This document shows, one piece after another, positions 34,149-40,617 of a DNA stretch of 40,617 bases (its first letter is position 1; every line of letters begins with the position of its first letter). A program made the position numbers and the translations under genes. This DNA comes from Candidatus Brennerbacteria bacterium. GTDB taxonomy: Bacteria; Patescibacteriota; Minisyncoccia; UBA6257; JACPKE01. The stretch lies in contig JACPKE010000023.1 of the NCBI GenBank assembly GCA_016187205.1, positions 1 through 40,617 of the forward strand, read 5' to 3'. The notes under the pieces are model-generated. The model saw nothing but the letters and a program-made list of their open reading frames with translations, was not told where the DNA came from and did not search any database.

Positions 34149-34356
34149 ATAGTATAAGCATAATAAATAAAAGAAAAAATAACAATTTTACAAAAAACTG
34201 AAACTCTGACTTTTTTAATTTATCAACTACGCGATTTTGTTACGCTCTTCTGACATTATTTTTTTAATTTTTGTTTAACATACTAATTTATAATATTAAA
34301 CCTATGCAAGCGTGCAGATTTTATTTTAAACTTACCTTGAATAAAAACCTGTAAAA

Positions 34357-35595
34357 TTAATAACGTAAAGGAAATTTTTTTGCCAATAAGCTGATTTTTT
34401 TCGCCAATACCGCAACTTGTTCTTTCTGCAAAACAGCGAAATAAACCAGTTGCGCTATATCAACCATTTCACGCTCTTTCATTCCCCGGCTTGTCACCGA
34501 AGGAGTTCCCAAACGAAGCCCGCTCGGCTTAAAAGGCGATTTATCTTCAGGCACAACATTGCGATTGGCTAAAATACCGATAGTTTCCAACCGTTTTTCC
34601 GCGGTCATTCCGTCAACCCCAACGTTTTTTAAATCAATCACCATTAAATGATTATCGGTTCCGCCTGTTATTAAATCAAAACCCCGCTCAATTAAAGCTC
34701 TTGACAACGATTGGCTATTTTTAATTATTTGTTCTTGATATTTTTTAAATTCCGGCTTTAAAGCCTCATTAAACATTCCCGCGATAGCCGCGATAGTATG
34801 GTTATGAGGCCCGCCCTGCATTCCGGGAAAAACAGCCTTATCAATCAATTCAGCCAGTTCTTTTTTGCAAAAAATAATCGCTCCCCTTGGACCGCGCAAA
34901 GTCTTATGAGTCGTGGCCATTACCGCGTCGCTGTAAGAAAACGGCGATTGCTGAAGCCCGGCCGCCACCAAACCGGCAATATGAGAAATATCAGCAATAT
35001 GGTAAGCCTGGACTTTTTTAGCGATTATCCCTATTTTTTTAAAATCAACTTTACGCGGATAAGAAGTGAAGCCGGAAATAATTATTCTTGGCTTGTGCTT
35101 TTTTGCCAAACGTTCAATTTCACGGTAATTAATCAGCCCGGTCGCCTGATTAATCCCGTATTGAATGCTTTTATAGATCCGGCCGGAAAAATTAACATTA
35201 TGGCCGTGAGTCAAATGCCCGCCGCCGAAAAGCGACATTCCCATCAAAACTTCGCCGGGCTTCATTAAAGCCGAATAAATTTCAAGATTAGCCGGAGAAC
35301 CGGAATACGGCTGAACATTAACATGCCATTTTTTAGGGTTCAATTTAAAAGCTTTAAGCGCCCGCTCTTTGGCCAGATTTTCTATAGCGTCATAATACTT
35401 ATTGCCAGGATAATAACGTTTCCCAGGATAACCTTCGGAGTATTTATTTGCGAGTGGCGAGCCAAGCGCTTCAAGAAGCTGCGGAGAAATAATATTTTCC
35501 GAAGGAATCAAATCAATAGTTTCCTGCTGACGTTTTATTTCAGCCGTTATTAAACGGCAAAGCAAAGGGTCAGATTTTTTTAAAAACTTAAACAT
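34357..35595 (-). CDS. glyA: serine hydroxymethyltransferase
   Basis: PLP-lysine context TTHKTLRGPRGA, the GGHLTHGH block; 412 aa. Confidence 0.96.
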   Translation of the reverse strand: MFKFLKKSDPLLCRLITAEIKRQQETIDLIPSENIISPQLLEALGSPLANKYSEGYPGKRYYPGNKYYDAIENLAKERALKAFKLNPKKWHVNVQPYSGSPANLEIYSALMKPGEVLMGMSLFGGGHLTHGHNVNFSGRIYKSIQYGINQATGLINYREIERLAKKHKPRIIISGFTSYPRKVDFKKIGIIAKKVQAYHIADISHIAGLVAAGLQQSPFSYSDAVMATTHKTLRGPRGAIIFCKKELAELIDKAVFPGMQGGPHNHTIAAIAGMFNEALKPEFKKYQEQIIKNSQSLSRALIERGFDLITGGTDNHLMVIDLKNVGVDGMTAEKRLETIGILANRNVVPEDKSPFKPSGLRLGTPSVTSRGMKEREMVDIAQLVYFAVLQKEQVAVLAKKISLLAKKFPLRY

Positions 35596-35596
35596 A

Positions 35597-35731
35597 CCCA
35601 GTAGTAGAAACTCGATTGATTAATTATAATTCGTTGACCCTTGGTTAATCATTGTTTATTGAACCAGCAATGTTCATTCTTTAAACTCTCTCCGACTTTG
35701 TCGGAGGAATCGAGTTTTCACTACTGGGCAT
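35597..35731 (-). promoter_or_regulatory. structured leader element copy A, abutting the glyA start codon
   Basis: About 21-nt termini are inverted complements (CCCAGTAGTAGAAACTCGATT / AATCGAGTTTTCACTACTGGG), there is an internal hairpin CTCCGAC-AAA-GTCGGAG, and a second copy lies at 38939-39074. No SD sits between the element and the ATG. Confidence 0.6.
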
Positions 35732-35988
35732 ATTTTAACAAATACGAAACAACGAATTTCATCAAAATATTTCCAATCAATCCGAATTTATTCGGATATA
35801 TTCGTAGATTCGGATTCATTTGTAGATTTGCATCGGTCATATTTAAAATAACAAAAAAGCTCCTGTTAACCAAGAGCTTAAAAAAAATTCAATATCAATG
35901 CCAAATTTTTGACCATAAACAAAATAATTTATATAGTTATTTAAGATATTTAAAATTAAAAAGTGTCGCAAAAATAAGGAGGGCCGCC

Positions 35989-36291
35989 TTGAGCAAACTG
36001 GGAATTATATTAACGAGCATCTGTTTGCTTGATTTAATCGGAACAATATTTGCAATACATTTTGGGTATGGAAAAGAAAGAAATCCGATATTAGCTTATT
36101 TTTTTGAACGTTGGGGATTAACCGGCCTTGCTCTTTCTAAAATTCTTTTAACAATAGTTGCGATTTCTATTTTTGAAACAATTTTAAAATTCAATTTAAC
36201 AAGCCGGCAAAAAGTGGAAATGTGCTACAAAATTACGATTTGGGGCTACTTATTAATTCTTATAGGAAGTATTGCGTATTTCAATTTATAG
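35989..36291 (+). CDS. small polytopic membrane protein, about 100 aa, TTG start
   Basis: SD AAGGAGGG lies 5 nt upstream of the TTG. The upstream two-thirds of ORF 35641..36291 runs through repeat/leader DNA. A terminator follows. Confidence 0.5.
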   Translation: MSKLGIILTSICLLDLIGTIFAIHFGYGKERNPILAYFFERWGLTGLALSKILLTIVAISIFETILKFNLTSRQKVEMCYKITIWGYLLILIGSIAYFNL

Positions 36292-36380
36292 CCGCCTAAC
36301 AAAAACGAACGGCGGTTTTTTATTTTTACCCCCAAAGATATATACCGCGTTGCTTATCAAAAATATTTCTAATTTAGTAA

Positions 36381-36424
36381 AGTTTTAGTCAACTATACGC
36401 GATCGCGCGTAGTTGACTAAAACT
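36381..36424. terminator. 15-bp perfect inverted repeat between convergent genes
   Basis: AGTTTTAGTCAACTA / TAGTTGACTAAAACT with a palindromic CGCGATCGCG-containing loop. Confidence 0.55.
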
Positions 36425-36455
36425 AAAATTTAATAAAAATGGATTGCGACGAAAC

Positions 36456-37511
36456 TTACAAAACCATTTTAACAATATTTGCTATTTTGTCCGGATCATG
36501 CCTGATCATGCCTTTTGACCGCAAAAGGTCGGCTGTAATAACAGTCGGCCGGTTCGCAAAATTCTCCCTGTCAAACTGAACCAGTTCGGCTTTTTCCTGC
36601 ACATAATTTTTCATCCGGCTCCAGCCGGGTTTTTTATTATTTATTACTACGAAATCCAAAATTCCCTTCCCTAAATACCGCTCCAAAGTTTTTAAAAAAT
36701 CAGAAGCGCTAAAACCATGAGTTTCACCATATTTAGTCATCACATTAACGAAATAAATTTTTTTGGCGCGGCTCTTTTTCAAAATTTCGTTCATTCCTTT
36801 GACCAAAAAATTAGGAATTAAACTGGTGTAAAGATCTCCGGGCCCGATTAAAACCGCATCGGCTTTTAAAATAGCGGCGGACACTTCGGGGTTTATAACA
36901 GCCTGCGGTTTTAACCAGATTTTTTTAATACTGGAACCGATATCATATTTTGGAATGTCAATATTTGTTTCTCCCCGGACTATTTTGCCGTTATCCAGTT
37001 CAGCGTACAGCCTCGCGTTTTTCAAAGTTACCGGAAGCACCTGTCCCTGCACGGCAAGAATTCTGCCCGCTTCTTTAACCGCCAGATCAAAACTGCCGGT
37101 TAGCCGCTCCAAAGCCGTAAGCATTAAATTTCCGAAACTGTGGCCGTTAAGCCCGGCTCCTTCTTCAAACCGATAATTAAAAAGGCGGGCTAAAATCTCA
37201 TTGTCGGTGCGCGCCAAAGCAACAAGCGAACGCCTAACATCGCCCGGCGGCAAAATGCCGAATTCCTCGCGTAAAATTCCGGTTGAACCGCCGTCATCGG
37301 ACATCGTAACCACGGCGGTTAAATCGCTAAAATACTTGCGAAGTCCGGTTAAAACGGTAAAAACGCCGGTGCCGCCGCCGATAACAACGATTTTTTTCTG
37401 GGGATAAGGTTTTGACAACGATTTCAGTATAACCCAATGACCTGATTTTAAAAAGCCTCGCTTGCGGGACTTTTTAATAACTGAACAAATTAAACGCAAG
37501 GCTTGCGACAA
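36456..37511 (-). CDS. YvcK/CofD-like (UPF0052, gluconeogenesis factor family) protein; start uncertain
   Basis: VVIGGGTGVFTVLTGL and MSDDGGSTGILR motifs. The ORF-track start is a TTG. Confidence 0.8.
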   Translation of the reverse strand: MSQALRLICSVIKKSRKRGFLKSGHWVILKSLSKPYPQKKIVVIGGGTGVFTVLTGLRKYFSDLTAVVTMSDDGGSTGILREEFGILPPGDVRRSLVALARTDNEILARLFNYRFEEGAGLNGHSFGNLMLTALERLTGSFDLAVKEAGRILAVQGQVLPVTLKNARLYAELDNGKIVRGETNIDIPKYDIGSSIKKIWLKPQAVINPEVSAAILKADAVLIGPGDLYTSLIPNFLVKGMNEILKKSRAKKIYFVNVMTKYGETHGFSASDFLKTLERYLGKGILDFVVINNKKPGWSRMKNYVQEKAELVQFDRENFANRPTVITADLLRSKGMIRHDPDKIANIVKMVL

Positions 37512-37578
37512 GGATAAAGATTATAAGTCCGACGATTATTTTTGAAAATGACATGGCAAATAAAATTTAAATTAATTT

Positions 37579-38937
37579 TTAATTATAAAACAACGACGGT
37601 GTAAGCGGTTTTAAAACAGCCGAAAATTGGCGCAAATGTTTCGGCGCTTGAACAATTGTAAAGCCGCGCAGATTTTTTCTTTGTTTCCAAATTCTCAAAC
37701 CGGCTTCCAGAACGGATTCTATATGGGATTTTGTATAAACTCGGCGGGGAATTGCCAAACGCACCAGTTCTAAAGGCTCGTTCATTCCCCTGGTCAGACT
37801 GCCGGCCATCTCCGAACACCTCATTCCGGCTTCGGCATAAAAAGCTACAATTAAAGTTTGGGCCGGAAAATTATTTTTTTTAACATGCGCCAAGGTTTTC
37901 GCCGCGTCAATATAAACCGCGTGCCCGCCCGGAGGATTAACCAATGAAAAACCGATTTTTGCCAACCCGCTGTGAAGATAAGCTACCTGCGAAACGCGAT
38001 AATCCAAATAATCTTCATGGGCTGTTTCTTCAAAACCCCGAATCGCCGATTCCATGGTTTTGCCGGACATGCCGCCGGAAGTCGGATAACCTTCGTAAAA
38101 ATTAGCCAGCCTTCTTAAATTAGCCGCGATACTTTTATTATTGGTTGACAAAAATCCGCCGGCATCCGAAAGTCCGTCTTTTTTCGCGCTCATATAAACC
38201 ACATCGGCCAAACCGCAAAGTTTTTTAATGATCTCCTGAACACTGAAACGTTCAAATCCTTTTTCCAATTTCTTTATAAAAAAACCATTTTCCGATATGC
38301 GGCAAGCATCAAGAATCAACGGAATATTGCGGCTAGCCGCCAATTTGGAAGCCGCAAAAACATTTTCGTAAGAAACCGGCTGGCCGCCGTTGGTATTATT
38401 TGTCAAAGTAAGCACAATGGCTTTAACAGATGAATTATTTTGCCGTAAAAATTTTTCGGCTTTTTTCAAATCAAGATTCCCTTTAAATTTTTTCCAGGAA
38501 GAAAGTTCTCCCTGAACTAAAAAATCAAGGCAATTGGCGCCGGCTGATTCAAAATTGCCGCGCGTAGTGTCGTAAAGAGTATTGGATAAAATAAAATCTC
38601 CGGGCGAGCTTACCAGAACTTCAGCCAGCAGTTTTTCCGCGCCTCTTGCCTGATGAACCGGAATAATTTCTTTTTTACCGCTTAATTTTTGAATCGCTTT
38701 TTTAAAACGGAGCCAGCTTTCTGATTCACTGTAAGCCTCGTCGCCCATTCCGGAAGCCGCCAGCTGATATTTGCTTAAAGCGCCGGTGCCGGAATCAGTT
38801 AAAAAATCAAACGCGATTTTATCTCCGGGCACTTTAAAAATATTATAACCGGCCTCGGCTAAAACTTTCAGCCGCTGCCTGCGGGTTAAAAAAACTATCG
38901 GTTCAATGGTTTTAATCCTAAACGGTTCTGTGAACAT
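37579..38937 (-). CDS. tryptophanase / tyrosine phenol-lyase family (beta-eliminating lyase), PLP-dependent
   Basis: N-terminal FRIKTIEPI, DFLTDSGTGA, PLP-lysine context SAKKDG; 452 aa. Confidence 0.85.
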   Translation of the reverse strand: MFTEPFRIKTIEPIVFLTRRQRLKVLAEAGYNIFKVPGDKIAFDFLTDSGTGALSKYQLAASGMGDEAYSESESWLRFKKAIQKLSGKKEIIPVHQARGAEKLLAEVLVSSPGDFILSNTLYDTTRGNFESAGANCLDFLVQGELSSWKKFKGNLDLKKAEKFLRQNNSSVKAIVLTLTNNTNGGQPVSYENVFAASKLAASRNIPLILDACRISENGFFIKKLEKGFERFSVQEIIKKLCGLADVVYMSAKKDGLSDAGGFLSTNNKSIAANLRRLANFYEGYPTSGGMSGKTMESAIRGFEETAHEDYLDYRVSQVAYLHSGLAKIGFSLVNPPGGHAVYIDAAKTLAHVKKNNFPAQTLIVAFYAEAGMRCSEMAGSLTRGMNEPLELVRLAIPRRVYTKSHIESVLEAGLRIWKQRKNLRGFTIVQAPKHLRQFSAVLKPLTPSLFYN

Positions 38938-38938
38938 T

Positions 38939-39074
38939 CCCAGTAGTAGAAACTCGATAATTTTAATTATTATTCATCAACCTTTGATTAATCATTTTTT
39001 ATTAAACCAGAAGTGTTTTTTCTTTAAACTCTCTCCGACTTTGTCGGAGGAATCAAGTTTTCACTACTGGACAT
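38939..39074 (-). promoter_or_regulatory. structured leader element copy B, abutting the start codon of the tryptophanase-like gene
   Basis: It has the same termini and the same internal CTCCGAC-AAA-GTCGGAG hairpin as copy A, while the interior has diverged. Confidence 0.6.
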
Positions 39075-39094
39075 TATTTAATTAAACCAAAATA

Positions 39095-39116
39095 AATTTA
39101 TTTCAGCGGAGAATTT
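39095..39116. repeat. 22-bp perfect direct repeat, copy 1 (AATTTATTTCAGCGGAGAATTT)
   Basis: Identical to 39857-39878, which lies inside the ileS 3' end. Confidence 0.9.
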
Positions 39117-39285
39117 ATTATTCACCTGCAAGAATACCCGCCCGCTTGCGGGCGGGATGAATTGCGGTATGTGAATAATAAACCCCCCGCTTTTTGATCA
39201 AAAAGCGGGGGTGAATAACCGCAAGACCACAGAGCGGTTTTGGATACCGCACCACTCTGTGGTGCGGTTATTCATTTTTATAATC

Positions 39286-39567
39286 TCAAATGCGTTTCTT
39301 GATTTGAGCATAAACCGTTGCTCGATGTTGAATAATAAGAATTTTTACTATATTTTTATCAATTTTATAAATAATGCGATAATCACCTGCGCGAAATTTG
39401 CGGTATCCTTTAAGCGAACGCCTCAACGGCTTGCCATATAAATCAGGTCGAACCATCAAACGGCTTTCAATCAAAAGACGAACTCTTTCTTTCCATTCAC
39501 CGGAAAGCTTGGGAATATCATCGCGAACAACACGATAATGATAGACAACATCAAACATTAGTCCCAA
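39286..39567 (-). CDS. type II toxin, RelE/StbE family
   Basis: KGYRKFRAGDYRIIYKIDKNIVKILIIQHRATVY matches the RelE core; 93 aa; overlaps the upstream antitoxin by 10 nt. Confidence 0.85.
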   Translation of the reverse strand: MGLMFDVVYHYRVVRDDIPKLSGEWKERVRLLIESRLMVRPDLYGKPLRRSLKGYRKFRAGDYRIIYKIDKNIVKILIIQHRATVYAQIKKRI

Positions 39568-39779
39568 GCTTTTTTATGCGAAAGATAACGCGCGTTCTTG
39601 GTATCCCGCTCCCCAGCGATAACGTCCCATACCTGCTCTTCTTCTATTTCAAGAGCTATTTCAAGAAGACGCGCCGCTTTTGTCGCCTGAGGAATGCGAT
39701 CGCGGCGAGCCAACCTGGCAAGTTTTTCTTTTATATTATCCGACAAACTAATATTAATTCTTGTTTTAATTGTAGGCAT
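39558..39779 (-). CDS. ribbon-helix-helix antitoxin (CopG/RelB-like)
   Basis: N-terminal beta strand plus helices (TRINISLSDNIKEKLARLARRD); 73 aa; lies upstream of the RelE-type toxin. Confidence 0.75.
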   Translation of the reverse strand: MPTIKTRINISLSDNIKEKLARLARRDRIPQATKAARLLEIALEIEEEQVWDVIAGERDTKNARYLSHKKAWD

Positions 39780-39809
39780 ATTATAAATGTATCAAAAGTG
39801 TATCATATG

Positions 39810-40617
39810 TCAAACCTTCCTTATTCCAAACCAAACCGGCCAATCGTCAATTCTGGAATTTATTTCAGCGGAGAATTTGCCTGTTTTTTTAAATTCAACT
39901 GTCCTGGCGCCTACCCCTTGCTTAAGCGATAAATCAACGTTCATTAAAATTTTTTCCAAAATATCCGGCGCCTGAACCATTAAAATGATCCGGTCTTTCT
40001 GCTTCAGTCCGGCATCCTGGCGCAAATCCTGGATCATCCTGATTGTTTCCCGCACAATCCCTTCAGCTTTTAATTCTGGCGTAATATTAACATCAAGTTC
40101 AATTTCATCTTTTATTTCAGAATCAAAAATTATTTTTTTAACATTAATTTCATCGCTTAAAATTTTTAATAATTCCTTACTAACTTTAAACTTTTGACTT
40201 TTTACTTTTAACTTTTGAAGCGGTTGCCTGACTTTAATACCGGCTTCCGCTCTTTTAGCCAAAGCCAAACTGGCTAACCGTCGTATTTCTTTCATTAAAT
40301 CCAGCAATTCATTGTCAATCATCTTCTTATCCGCTTTAGGCCAATTCTCAAAGTGAACTGACGACTTATGACTGACAACTAATGACTTATATAATGCTTC
40401 GCTGAAAAATGGAGTTAAAGGGGCAATGAGCTTGCTGATTTCAAAAAGCAGAAAACCGAAAACAGCGGAGGCATTTTCAAAATCTTTTTTGCTTTCCGAA
40501 TGCTGGAACCTCCGCCTCGACCGCCTGATATACCAGCGTGAAAGATCTTCCGCCAAAGCCGCTATTGATTTGGCCGCGGCCCCTATATCGTATTTTTCAA
40601 AATTACCGGTCGCCTCA
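39810..40617 (-). CDS. ileS: isoleucyl-tRNA synthetase, C-terminal part (5' end outside window)
   Basis: DLSRWYIRRSRRRF anticodon-binding-domain motif. The reading frame stays open to the window edge beyond the ORF-track start at 40556. Confidence 0.85.
   Translation of the reverse strand, partial: EATGNFEKYDIGAAAKSIAALAEDLSRWYIRRSRRRFQHSESKKDFENASAVFGFLLFEISKLIAPLTPFFSEALYKSLVVSHKSSVHFENWPKADKKMIDNELLDLMKEIRRLASLALAKRAEAGIKVRQPLQKLKVKSQKFKVSKELLKILSDEINVKKIIFDSEIKDEIELDVNITPELKAEGIVRETIRMIQDLRQDAGLKQKDRIILMVQAPDILEKILMNVDLSLKQGVGARTVEFKKTGKFSAEINSRIDDWPVWFGIRKV
39857..39878. repeat. 22-bp perfect direct repeat, copy 2, inside the ileS coding sequence
   Basis: Identical to 39095-39116. Confidence 0.9.

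Noticed and set aside
35597-35731. Assignment of the glyA / lyase leader to a known riboswitch class (glycine, THF, ZTP/pfl, T-box)
   Set aside because: I could not find the conserved cores of any of these. The ZTP pseudoknot GGGUCG...CCGCCUGGGC, the T-box AGGGUGGNACCGCG, and the glycine tandem aptamer features are all absent. It is left as an unclassified element.
35641-35988. N-terminal 116 residues of ORF 35641..36291
   Set aside because: This stretch is translated through the leader element and the CGAAT-type repeat remnant, using a non-ATG start and no SD. A strong SD plus TTG at 35989 gives a compact membrane protein.
39125-39285. Hairpin trio downstream of the RelE gene considered as integron attC sites
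   Set aside because: There are no GTTRRRY / RYYYAAC core sites, no extrahelical-base architecture that I can see, and no intI gene. They are retained only as part of the direct-repeat-flanked cassette.

Overview
Low-GC, gene-dense bacterial chromosome segment. The gene content and repeat flora suggest a small-genome Patescibacteria/CPR-type organism (inference): a GxxExxY cassette, many AbiEii / HepT-MntA / HicAB / RelE modules, palindromic insertions inside conserved genes, and tRNAs mostly without encoded CCA. The housekeeping backbone holds 4 tRNAs, a CDP-alcohol phosphatidyltransferase, a class II aldolase-like gene, two HtrA-type proteases, clpB, an ABC exporter, a NifS/IscS-like desulfurase, a DEDD exonuclease and a YkuK-like gene. 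It also holds a PGM/PMM gene with an in-frame stop, an IMPase, ftsK, a RodZ-like gene, recA, a frameshifted folD, glyA, a YvcK-like gene, a tryptophanase-family lyase and the ileS 3' end. Most interesting, in order: (1) a 6.4-kb accessory island (10.2-16.6 kb) bracketed by two inward-facing paralogous modules (small protein + AbiEii-type nucleotidyltransferase), enclosing an orphan ClpP-like protease, a RelE/ParE pair, zinc-ribbon mini-proteins, hairpin arrays and a promoter-to-terminator RNA with three SD-led 4-codon ORFs; (2) a ~132-nt structured element repeated immediately upstream of the start codons of two PLP enzymes (glyA and the tryptophanase-like gene); (3) filled and empty copies of a TIR-bounded GxxExxY cassette; (4) a RelE/RHH cassette flanked by perfect 22-bp direct repeats inside the ileS 3' end; (5) a folD frame junction lying exactly on a U_UUA_AAU heptamer. 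No rRNA, CRISPR array, integrase or transposase was seen. Coordinates not taken from the ORF track were counted by hand and may be off by 1-2 nt; I found two places where my base counting and the ORF track disagree by 1 nt.
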